From: a virus
Direction: 5' to 3' (one strand)
IMG/VR virus record: IMGVR_UViG_3300042691_051905
Length of the DNA: 48,826 nucleotides
The position numbers and the translations under genes are program-made. Position 1 is the stretch's first letter; the number at the start of each line of letters is the position of its first letter. The notes under the pieces are model-generated. The model was not told the DNA's origin and did no database searches. It was given only the letters and a program-made list of their open reading frames with translations. Positions 24,598 through 32,539 of the stretch are shown piece after piece.

Positions 24598-26076
24598 ATG
24601 GCAGACGCACTAGGCCCCGCCGCCTTCGGCGCGGCGCGCGCGACGACCACGCGCCCGACCTACACCCCGAGCATCCTGAACGCGGATAGCTGGTTTCAGG
24701 ACTGTACCAGCCAGGCCGCGCGGGATGGCACCGAGATCCGCTCGGCCCTTCTGAATGCGTTTCTGGCGCAGCTTCGCACCATTTTTCGCGCCGGCGAAGT
24801 GCTGGAAAACAACTCGGATGACATGCTGCTCCGGGCCATCCGCTCGCAGCGCGCCAACCTGGTTGCCACTGCCTCTGTGGGCGGCACGGCGAATGCCATC
24901 ACGCTGAACTTCAACCCCGCCTTCGCAAGCCTTTCCGAGCTTCTCGGGGTTCCGATCCGGTTTATGGTGGAGGCGGATTCCACCGCCGCCGTGACAATCG
25001 CGGTCGATGGCCTGGCACCCGCCCCGCTGACTTTCGTGGATGGCGCGAGCGTGGGCGCCGGCGGCCTCACCAATGGCCGGCTGATCGAGGTGATGCATGA
25101 CGGCACGCGCTTCCTTGCGCTGGCCGGCGTGACCGCCGCCTCCGGCCACACACACCCGATGGCCGATGTCATCGGCCTCCTCGCGGCGCTCGACGGCAGG
25201 GTTGCGAAGGCCGGCGACGTGATGGCTGGCCTGTTGCGGCTTTCCTACAACTTTCCCGAAATTCGATGGGGTGAGGCCGGCGGTGCATGGCGGCTTGTCA
25301 AGCAGGGCAATGCCGGGGCGACCGGCTCGTTCCTCCTGCAGCATTCGCTTGACAATTTCGCCTCATCCCCGACGACTGTTCTTTCCGTCAACCCAACCAC
25401 GGGTGTTTCGAGCTTCCCCACCCCCCTTGCGCCGGAAGCGGGAATCCAGGCATCCGGCTCGCTCGGCTCGGCCGACAGGGTTCTTACCGGCGGCACGACC
25501 CCGCAATGGCGCACGCTGGCGCAAATGGGCGTCGAGCCGCTGGTCGTCCCCGCGACCAGCTTTACTGCAACCGATGTCGTCTGGGACAATCTCACTTCGG
25601 GGGTTTATCAACTCCAGATCCTGGGGCTCTGCCCCGACGCGGCCCGCCTGACCCTGCACCCGAGAGAGGCTGGCGCGGACACGCAGGCAAACCACCGCGC
25701 ATCGCTCTTCAGGAACAACAACACCTATCCGCAGCCCTTCGTTGACTTCGAATTCAGCGGAAGCTTTCGGAATTCGCACCTTGCCGCCCTGCAGCCGGAT
25801 ATCGGGACATACCTCCTTCCTTTCCAGGTTCTGAGCAATGGCAGGATCGGGACGGCCAACTGGACTGCGCCCATGGATCGGTCATTCCCGGCCGACTTGA
25901 ACAGCGTCGATCCTTTTGGCTTTGGAACCTGGCAATCGACCTCGGTCACAGGCATTGCCCTCAGGGGCGCTTCCGGCAGGACAATCCGCGTAAGCGACCG
26001 CACCGGCACCGCGCAAAACTTTGTCCCGTCACAATCGGCAACAATCCAGCACGCCCGCCTGATCAAGGTCGGGTAA
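24598..26076 (+). CDS. Tail fibre protein candidate
   Basis: 492 aa directly after the baseplate genes, rich in Gly, Ala and Thr. Followed by a terminator. Confidence 0.6.
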   Translation: MADALGPAAFGAARATTTRPTYTPSILNADSWFQDCTSQAARDGTEIRSALLNAFLAQLRTIFRAGEVLENNSDDMLLRAIRSQRANLVATASVGGTANAITLNFNPAFASLSELLGVPIRFMVEADSTAAVTIAVDGLAPAPLTFVDGASVGAGGLTNGRLIEVMHDGTRFLALAGVTAASGHTHPMADVIGLLAALDGRVAKAGDVMAGLLRLSYNFPEIRWGEAGGAWRLVKQGNAGATGSFLLQHSLDNFASSPTTVLSVNPTTGVSSFPTPLAPEAGIQASGSLGSADRVLTGGTTPQWRTLAQMGVEPLVVPATSFTATDVVWDNLTSGVYQLQILGLCPDAARLTLHPREAGADTQANHRASLFRNNNTYPQPFVDFEFSGSFRNSHLAALQPDIGTYLLPFQVLSNGRIGTANWTAPMDRSFPADLNSVDPFGFGTWQSTSVTGIALRGASGRTIRVSDRTGTAQNFVPSQSATIQHARLIKVG

Positions 26077-26100
26077 CCCGCGGCCACGCCCGCCCGCATG

Positions 26101-26132
26101 AAGCCCCGCCCTCCTCGCGGGGCTTTGTTTTT
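26101..26132 (+). terminator. Intrinsic terminator candidate after the fibre gene
   Basis: A 9-bp stem (AAGCCCCGC / GCGGGGCTT) with a 7-nt loop, followed by TGTTTTT. Confidence 0.7.
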
Positions 26133-26179
26133 CCGGGGCATCAACCCCGCCCTTTTTCCCGACACCCTGAGGCGCACCG

Positions 26180-26632
26180 ATGCCCGATAATGTTCCCATC
26201 AAGGACGGCAATGGCCTTCTGCAGGCGCTGCGGACCAAGGAGACCGCCCTTGGCGTTCACCTCAACCTGCAGGCCCTGGCGGATCCGGTCACCGGCGCGG
26301 CGCTCACGCTGGCCGCCGGCGGCCGCGTGCCGGTCGAAAGCCGGAATTCCCTGCCGGTCGCAACCAGCGCCACCATCATGAGCGTTACGACCGCCGCGGT
26401 CGGCGCCAACTGGACGGCCTTTGCCGCGCAGGCCTGCACCTCCCTCGATCTCGTCAATAACAGCGGGACGACCATCGAATATCGACGCGGCGCCGCGGGC
26501 GTTGGCATGCCTATCCCGACCGGATCGGCGCGCATGATCATCGGCATCACCAACGCCAACCAGATCCAGGTTCGCCGCACCGATCTCTCGGCAACGCAAG
26601 TCACGGTTCAGGCCGAGGCGCTTTCATCCTGA
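26180..26632 (+). CDS. Hypothetical virion-associated protein (MPDNV N-terminus)
   Basis: 150 aa. It shares the MPDNV start and general pattern with 30407..30844. Confidence 0.55.
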   Translation: MPDNVPIKDGNGLLQALRTKETALGVHLNLQALADPVTGAALTLAAGGRVPVESRNSLPVATSATIMSVTTAAVGANWTAFAAQACTSLDLVNNSGTTIEYRRGAAGVGMPIPTGSARMIIGITNANQIQVRRTDLSATQVTVQAEALSS

Positions 26633-26640
26633 GGTTTCGC

Positions 26641-26790
26641 ATGATCGGCTCGCTTTCCCGCAATTTCGCCAGGGCCACGACATCGCTGACGCGGCGCCTG
26701 CGGCCCGATGCCCCGCCCGCCGGGCGGCTGGTGTGGGGCACCGGCATCGAGATCACATGGGGCGCCGGCTTCCTGATCTGGAGCAATTGA
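26641..26790 (+). CDS. Small hypothetical protein (49 aa, below the ORF-track cut-off)
   Basis: ATG 26641 lies 6 nt after GAGG. Third-position GC is high. The stop is 1 nt before the next ATG. The product is MIGSLSRNFARATTSLTRRLRPDAPPAGRLVWGTGIEITWGAGFLIWSN. Confidence 0.35.
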   Translation: MIGSLSRNFARATTSLTRRLRPDAPPAGRLVWGTGIEITWGAGFLIWSN

Positions 26791-26791
26791 C

Positions 26792-27928
26792 ATGGATATC
26801 GATCTCAAGACCCTTGCGCCGGACAGCACCATTCCGGCGGGCGCCGTTCTTTTCGGCGCGGACAGCCAGGCGGCCACGCAGCCAAGTGTTTACCCGCTTT
26901 CGGATGTCGTGGCGGTTGCGACCGCCACCACGGCCTCGGCCGCCAACACCTTCACCGCCGACCAGGTGATCTCCAAGGCAACGCCGGTTCTTGTGCTGAA
27001 CAAGACCGCCTCCGGCCAGTTTCTCTCCCTTCGCGGCTCCACGAATGGCAGCTTGCGATGGGAGATGCCGCTTGGCAACAGCACCGCCGAATCCGGCTCG
27101 AATGCCGGGTCCGACTTCGAGATCGCGAGCTACACAGATGCGGGCACGGGTCGCGCGGTGCGCATGCGCATCCGCCGCTCGGATGGCTTCACCACGATCG
27201 GCGGCTCCGCTGAAATCGGCACGCCGGATGCGAGCAATTCGCTGCTCTTGCGCCGGCGCGGCGCCGCCTCGGGCGGGCGCATCGACCTTGAGAGGGGCGC
27301 CTCCGGCAACACGCTGGCGAGTGATGTGCGCATCGCCCTTGAAGGCAACCTGCTCCAGATCGGCGAGACGGGCGGCACGCAACGCGGATGCAATATTGAC
27401 GTTTCGGCTCTTGCGGCAGGGTTTGGAACCCCGCTCGGGGGCGGGAATATCATCCTTGTCGCATCGCAAGCCACGACCAGCGGCACACAGTTCGATTTCA
27501 CGGGATTGCCAGCGGGCATCAATGAAATCGTGGTGCATTTTATGGGTGTGTCCCTCACGACAACTGATGATTTTCTAGTGCAGTTGGGGACTTCTGGCGG
27601 GGTTGAGAATACCGGGTATACATCAACGAGTCTTGGTATTGATTCCGGCACTCTTGGAAACTGGCAAGCAACATCAACATCCGGGTTTGTAATTGTCACA
27701 CCAAATCTTTCGCAACCTGCTTTGGGCAATGGAAATCTCTTTCTCCGTCGCGCAAGCGGAAACACATGGACCGCGTCTGTAGGCATGATGCTTTCGGCAG
27801 CCGGCAACTCCGGCTCAATTCACGGTGGCGGGGTTAAAACTCTTGCGGGAACACTTGACCGCGTTCGCCTTACCCGCACCGGAACCGACACGTTTGACGC
27901 TGGCGCTGTCAGCATCAGCTATCGATGA
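26792..27928 (+). CDS. Tail fibre / receptor-binding-like protein
   Basis: 378 aa. LRGSTNGSLRWEMPLGNSTAESGSNAGSDFEIASYTDAG is a pattern common in alphaproteobacterial phage fibre proteins. Confidence 0.6.
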   Translation: MDIDLKTLAPDSTIPAGAVLFGADSQAATQPSVYPLSDVVAVATATTASAANTFTADQVISKATPVLVLNKTASGQFLSLRGSTNGSLRWEMPLGNSTAESGSNAGSDFEIASYTDAGTGRAVRMRIRRSDGFTTIGGSAEIGTPDASNSLLLRRRGAASGGRIDLERGASGNTLASDVRIALEGNLLQIGETGGTQRGCNIDVSALAAGFGTPLGGGNIILVASQATTSGTQFDFTGLPAGINEIVVHFMGVSLTTTDDFLVQLGTSGGVENTGYTSTSLGIDSGTLGNWQATSTSGFVIVTPNLSQPALGNGNLFLRRASGNTWTASVGMMLSAAGNSGSIHGGGVKTLAGTLDRVRLTRTGTDTFDAGAVSISYR

Positions 27929-28440
27929 GGAAGGCCATGCTCCCAACGCAATCCGATGTGCTGGCCGGGCGCTCGATCTATGGCGACCCGCGCGGGCGCA
28001 ATCCATCCGTCGTCTCGCCCGGCTGGTATGCCCGGAATATGGTTCTGCTGCCCGTTCCGTTCCGAATGACCTATGCGGGCAAGCCCATGCGCGGGCTGAT
28101 GTTCCACCGGGCCGCGGCCCCGCATTTCGCCCGGTTTTTCGATCTGCTGATGGCGGAAGCCAAAGGCAGGCAGGAAACGCTTGATCACTGGGGCGTCTCC
28201 ATCAATGGCGGCTAGTTCAATTATCGGCTGATGCGCGGGCTCAACACGCTTTCGATGCATTCCTATGGCTGCGCGCTCGACCTTGACCCTGCCCGGAACG
28301 GGCTTGGCGATGCCACGCCGCGCTTTGCCGAATTCCCCGAGGTGGTCCGCGCTTTCCGCGCCTCCGGCCTCGAATGGGGTGGGGATTGGAAAAGGCGAAA
28401 AGATGGGATGCATCTGCAGGCCACGCAGCCCATCCGCTAA
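27925..28440 (+). pseudogene. Peptidase M15 (VanY/M15_4-like) endolysin interrupted by a single in-frame TAG (28213..28215)
   Basis: ORFs 27925..28215 and 28231..28440 are in the same frame. The read-through sequence ..WGVSINGG*FNYRLMRGLNTLSMHSYGCALDLDP...LEWGGDWKRRKDGMHLQ carries the H-x6-D and DxMH zinc ligand motifs. ATG 27937, preceded by GAGGAAGG, is a plausible start. Confidence 0.8.
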
Positions 28441-28484
28441 CCCGCGCCGGGCGGCTCCCCGGCACATCCCGAAAGGAAAATACC

Positions 28485-28649
28485 ATGGATAAGGTTATGG
28501 GCGTCGCCCGCGCCGTTCTGGCGGCGGGCGCAGGCTGGCTCGTGGGCAAAGGCTATATCGACCAGGGCATGGCCGATCAGGTCGTCGGCGCGGTCATCAT
28601 CATCGGCACCGCCATCTGGTCCGTGATGTCGAAAAAGCAGGCCGAATGA
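28485..28649 (+). CDS. Holin candidate
   Basis: 54 aa with two hydrophobic segments (VARAVLAAGAGWLVG and VVGAVIIIGTAIWSV) and a charged C-terminus (SKKQAE). It sits next to the endolysin. Confidence 0.55.
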   Translation: MDKVMGVARAVLAAGAGWLVGKGYIDQGMADQVVGAVIIIGTAIWSVMSKKQAE

Positions 28650-28894
28650 CGGGGCTTCTTGCGGCTCTCCTGAAGGGGCTGGCGGATTTCCTCGCGCGTC
28701 TCGTCGCCGACTGGCGGCGGGACGGCGCGCTTCAGGGCAAGGGCCGCGCCGAGGGCTCGGCTGATCTCAACAAGGGAATTTCGGAGATTGCCGATGCGCA
28801 GGCACAAAACAACGCCGTTGATCGCGGTGGGGCTCGCGGCGTTCTTGACCGGCTGCGAAACCCTGCCGGGCGAGGGCGCCCTGGCGGTGAATGA
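28646..28894 (+). CDS. Lysis-cassette protein, i-spanin (Rz-like) candidate
   Basis: 82 aa with a hydrophobic N-terminus. ATGA overlap with the holin. The 5' end of the lipoprotein gene is embedded in another frame. Confidence 0.45.
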   Translation: MTGLLAALLKGLADFLARLVADWRRDGALQGKGRAEGSADLNKGISEIADAQAQNNAVDRGGARGVLDRLRNPAGRGRPGGE

Positions 28895-29084
28895 GCCGGG
28901 GAGCCTCCTTGCAGTGGCACGCACGATCGCGCCCGCCTGCCCGGCGCCGACCGCCGCGGCCCGGCTTCGCGCCATCCAGGCCGAGCTTGAAGCCGGCATC
29001 AAGGCCGGCGCTGCGCCGGATGCCCTGGCGGAAGAATGGGAGAGGCTTGATCAGGCCGCGCGCATTTGCCGGGGGATGAAATGA
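28794..29084 (+). CDS. Outer-membrane lipoprotein, o-spanin (Rz1-like) candidate
   Basis: MRRHKTTPLIAVGLAAFLTGC has a lipobox (LTGC). It starts inside 28646..28894 in a different frame (overlapped spanin architecture). GGAG lies 7 nt upstream of the ATG. Confidence 0.65.
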   Translation: MRRHKTTPLIAVGLAAFLTGCETLPGEGALAVNEPGSLLAVARTIAPACPAPTAAARLRAIQAELEAGIKAGAAPDALAEEWERLDQAARICRGMK

Positions 29085-29413
29085 GCCCCGCCCCCTCGCC
29101 CCCTGCGCTCGATCCGCAACTCACCCTGATCGTTACCAGCCTGATCAGCGCGATCGGCGGCTACTTCGCATCCCGGCTGGGCCTGAAAAGCAAGCGCATC
29201 GAAAGGGCCCCGGAGTTGCAGGAGCATCTGAACCGCGCCGTGGCCGACCTGATCGCGCATTACACCAAGGCGCTCGAGCAGGAGAAGGCCCGGCACGCCG
29301 ACCATATGGCGGAGATGGACGAAAAGCTTGACCGCGCGCTGGCTCGCATCGAGCACCTGGAAGACACCATACGCCGCGCGGGGATCGTGGTTCCGCCCCA
29401 TCCTGAAAATTGA
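29081..29413 (+). CDS. Membrane-anchored coiled-coil protein (alternative i-spanin, or unknown)
   Basis: 110 aa. A TM segment (LTLIVTSLISAIGGYFASRL) is followed by a heptad-like helical region. ATGA overlap with the upstream stop. Confidence 0.5.
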   Translation: MSPAPSPPALDPQLTLIVTSLISAIGGYFASRLGLKSKRIERAPELQEHLNRAVADLIAHYTKALEQEKARHADHMAEMDEKLDRALARIEHLEDTIRRAGIVVPPHPEN

Positions 29414-29420
29414 GGCTGCC

Positions 29421-29786
29421 ATGGTCCCCGTTCGCAACTTCACGATCTGGATTGGCAATTCCGGCACGGCCGAGAACCAAAGCGGAATTGTGGCTGTCCT
29501 CAAGGCCGGCTCGCCGCCCGCCCCTGAAAATCTCACCGGGGTCGAGATCGTCTTTCGCGCCACGGATGGCACACAGGCGATCCGCAAGACCAGCGCCGAT
29601 AACGGCATCGCCCTCGAGCCGCTGGCAGGCCGGATCACGATCCCGATCTCCGTGGCGGAAAGCCGTCTTTTCGGCAGGGGCAGGCGCTGGCGATACGAAA
29701 TCGAGTGCCGCGCCGCCGGCGCGGAGCGCACAATCATGACCGGCGAACTCATCCCGGCGGGGGGCATGAATGACGACGCAAATTGA
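29421..29786 (+). CDS. Hypothetical protein
   Basis: 121 aa from ATG 29421, preceded by a GAGG RBS. Confidence 0.5.
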   Translation: MVPVRNFTIWIGNSGTAENQSGIVAVLKAGSPPAPENLTGVEIVFRATDGTQAIRKTSADNGIALEPLAGRITIPISVAESRLFGRGRRWRYEIECRAAGAERTIMTGELIPAGGMNDDAN

Positions 29787-29949
29787 AGTCGTGGTCGAAG
29801 GCCCCGCCCAGATCATCGAAGTGATCAGCGCCGGCCCGCAAGGCCCGCCCGGCCCGGCCGGCGCAAGCTATTCCGGCCCGAAGATCACCGCCTCCACCAC
29901 ACCGCCCCCCAATCCGTCGCCAGGCGATATCTGGATCGACATTTCCTGA
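29770..29949 (+). CDS. Collagen-like mini-protein (59 aa, below the ORF-track cut-off)
   Basis: MTTQIEVVVEGPAQIIEVISAGPQGPPGPAGASYSGPKITASTTPPPNPSPGDIWIDIS. Contains Gly-X-Y triplets plus a GDxWID motif as at the N-termini of phage fibre proteins. It overlaps the upstream gene end by 17 nt. Confidence 0.5.
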   Translation: MTTQIEVVVEGPAQIIEVISAGPQGPPGPAGASYSGPKITASTTPPPNPSPGDIWIDIS

Positions 29950-29959
29950 GGATTCCTTC

Positions 29960-30403
29960 ATGTCCAAGACCGATGCTTTCGAGGCGGCGCTGCTCGACCT
30001 CCTCTTCATCAACACCAACATCGCCAACCTTGGCGATGCGACCGGCGTCCGCGGCTCCACCGCGGCCGGCCAGCTTTTTCTTTCGCTGCACAGCGCCGAC
30101 CCCGGCGAGGCCGGAACGCAGGCCACGAGCGAGATCGTCTATACGGGTTATGCGCGCGTGGGCCTGAACCGTGTCTCCGGCGCGGGCGGTTTCACGCGGA
30201 CCGGCAACAGCATCAGCCCGACCGGCAACGTCGATTTCCCCGCCTGCACGGCCGGCACGGCCACGGCCACGCATTTCGGCATCGGGGTCGCCTCCTCCGG
30301 CACGGGCACGCTGCTCTACAAGGGCGCGATCACGCCAACGATCGCCATCTCCGCCGGCGTCACGCCCCGCCTCACCAACGCAACGGCAGTGACGGAGGAT
30401 TGA
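29960..30403 (+). CDS. Hypothetical virion-like protein
   Basis: 147 aa. FEAALLDLLFINT...LFLSLHSADPGEAG...GYARVGL...THFGI...LLYKGAI is a recurrent phage protein pattern of unknown function. Confidence 0.6.
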   Translation: MSKTDAFEAALLDLLFINTNIANLGDATGVRGSTAAGQLFLSLHSADPGEAGTQATSEIVYTGYARVGLNRVSGAGGFTRTGNSISPTGNVDFPACTAGTATATHFGIGVASSGTGTLLYKGAITPTIAISAGVTPRLTNATAVTED

Positions 30404-30406
30404 TGG

Positions 30407-30844
30407 ATGCCTGACAATGTTGGATACACACCCGGTTCCGGGGCCCAGATCGCGGCGGATGAAATTGATGGCGCCTTGCACCAGCGGATTAAAATTACCG
30501 TTGGCCCGGATGGCGCGGGTTCGGATGCCTCGGAGCAGAACCCGCTTCCGGTCGCGGATAGCTGGTCGCGCGATTTTCTGAGCCGTATTCTCAACATGCT
30601 CATGTCGCCGCTCGGTTATGACAAATCGATAAACCGGCAGCGCGGCACCGTAGTCCTTGAAAGCGGTGCGCTCACGACCGTTGGGACGGTCACGACCGTC
30701 ACGACCGTTTCAACGGTCAACTCGGTTACTGCCGTTGCCGGCGTGAATAACGTTGTCGCGGTCGGAAGCTTCCCCGCGCAGATGCAGATACTGGACGGCA
30801 ATCGCACGTCATGGGCGCTCGGCGTCCGCGCGCGCATCACCTGA
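30407..30844 (+). CDS. Hypothetical virion-like protein (MPDNV N-terminus)
   Basis: 145 aa (MPDNVGYTPGSGAQIAADEIDGALHQRIKITVGPDG) with a Thr/Val-rich C-terminal half. Confidence 0.55.
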   Translation: MPDNVGYTPGSGAQIAADEIDGALHQRIKITVGPDGAGSDASEQNPLPVADSWSRDFLSRILNMLMSPLGYDKSINRQRGTVVLESGALTTVGTVTTVTTVSTVNSVTAVAGVNNVVAVGSFPAQMQILDGNRTSWALGVRARIT

Positions 30845-30853
30845 GGATTCGTC

Positions 30854-32464
30854 ATGCCGAACACCTTCAAGAAGGTTATCGATCAGCTTATCTGGCGTCA
30901 GGTCACCGCAAGCCCGAACATTCATGCCGCTGGAACGTCCATCGCGAGCGACCTGCGGTCAACTGTTGTTCGGAACCCGTTCGCCTACAACCTGATTTCG
31001 AATACGGTCCTGAACCGCTTCAACATCATCACCAAGTCGTGGCAGACGATAGCGTCCCCGGCGCTCGCTGGCACGTTCGGCGCGGGCAGCACATCGGCCT
31101 TCGCGCCGTCCCTTGGGCTTGTGGGGACGATTGCGGCGGGTGCAACCACAACTTCCGTGGTGATCTCCACCGCTTTCCCGACCGCAATCGGCGTGAACAT
31201 GCTCGCCAATCGTGGCGGCTCCGGCGATATGGGTTTCAAGCTGCGCATCATTGACACCGCATCTGGCAAGACCGAAGAACGTTGGATCAGCGGCAATACG
31301 GCGGGCACCACACCGACCATCACGGTTTCGGCTGCCTTTACCTTCACCCCGGCTACCGGCGCTCGGTATGAAATTCTGGCCGGTCGCCTGTTCATGCTGG
31401 GGGCCGGCACGGTCGCAGCAAACATCTGGCGCTCGTTCGAGGTCGCGGCGAACACGCTGTCTACCGGCCTTTCAACCACCGGCCTCCCGGCTTCGATTAC
31501 GACCGATTCCTCGATCCTCGTGCTCGATGAGCAATTCGGCCCCTACAACATGGCCCCCGGCGAAGGCATGGTGAAGGGCTCCTTCGCCTACGATACCGGC
31601 ATGATGAGCCTGACCGCGACGGCGGCGGCGGCTTCCGCCCTGACCGGGCAGGCAACGGGCGGCGATTCGGTGGTTGCGGCAAATGAGTTTCGCAATTTCC
31701 AGATCAGGATCGTCCAGGATTTGACCAATCCAACCGCTGTTGGGCAGCGCAGGATCATCGCCTCGCACACGGCTGGGCCGTCTCCCGTCTACACGCTCGG
31801 CTCGGCTTGGACGGTCCAGCCATCGGCCACGGCAAAATACGTGATCGAGCTTCCGAACCTGATGCTAATGCGCACGAGCGCGACGACGACGGTGTATACC
31901 TATAATTACGGTGACGCCACCGTGAACAACGGCACGAACAGCATTGCGGCTGGAGCCTGGTCAACGACCTATTTCGGGGCTGCTCCCGCCGCCAATGCCG
32001 CCGGGAACATGTGGGCGCCATCGTTCAGTATCCAGCCAGACGCGGCCCGTAATGCGCGGCATTCGTTCAATTATTTCTTCCGGGGTGGCAGCACGACCAC
32101 CCTTGATCTGCTTGACATCGCCGGCAGCATCACCGGCACGTGGTCTGGCGCGATTGTCTATGATGGCAACACGACCAACATGGGCACGGGCACGACCGGT
32201 TGCGCGGCGGGTTTCGGCAACGAGGGGCGGATGTTCTACATCAGCGCCTATGTGGCATCTGCGGCAAACCAGTTCTACCGGTTCGACGTGCAGAACAGGG
32301 TTCTGTCGCCTTACACGAATCCCGACATCGTGGCGGCAAGCGCTGCTGCGGTCGGTTCTCGGATGGCCGCCTATTGCGCCATCGATGGCGCGGATCTGTA
32401 TGATATCGTGCTGCTTCAGACGCACGGCGCGGCCAACTGTCAGGAACTTGTGATCCTCGTCTGA
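30854..32464 (+). CDS. Large hypothetical protein (536 aa), possibly repeat/beta-rich structural
   Basis: A long ORF with consistent codon bias in the late operon. No motif recognised. Confidence 0.6.
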   Translation: MPNTFKKVIDQLIWRQVTASPNIHAAGTSIASDLRSTVVRNPFAYNLISNTVLNRFNIITKSWQTIASPALAGTFGAGSTSAFAPSLGLVGTIAAGATTTSVVISTAFPTAIGVNMLANRGGSGDMGFKLRIIDTASGKTEERWISGNTAGTTPTITVSAAFTFTPATGARYEILAGRLFMLGAGTVAANIWRSFEVAANTLSTGLSTTGLPASITTDSSILVLDEQFGPYNMAPGEGMVKGSFAYDTGMMSLTATAAAASALTGQATGGDSVVAANEFRNFQIRIVQDLTNPTAVGQRRIIASHTAGPSPVYTLGSAWTVQPSATAKYVIELPNLMLMRTSATTTVYTYNYGDATVNNGTNSIAAGAWSTTYFGAAPAANAAGNMWAPSFSIQPDAARNARHSFNYFFRGGSTTTLDLLDIAGSITGTWSGAIVYDGNTTNMGTGTTGCAAGFGNEGRMFYISAYVASAANQFYRFDVQNRVLSPYTNPDIVAASAAAVGSRMAAYCAIDGADLYDIVLLQTHGAANCQELVILV

Positions 32465-32539
32465 CAACAAGCGGGGCGAGCCTGATGCTCTTCGGCTCAC
32501 CCCCCTTCAGGGGCCAGGAATGGCCAGGAGTGATCACAA

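Noticed and set aside
28213-28215. Genome-wide reassignment of TAG to a sense codon as an explanation for the split endolysin.
   Set aside because: Nothing else in the genome requires it. Nearly all genes end in TGA or TAA as expected for high-GC DNA, and the one other TAG (4066..4068) works as a normal stop. Local read-through or suppression is kept as a possibility in the finding.
32465-32539. GGGGCGAGCC..GGCTCACCCC hairpin after the 536-aa gene, considered as a terminator.
   Set aside because: It has one mismatch, an 11-nt loop and no following T-run. It may be structural RNA but cannot be supported as a terminator.
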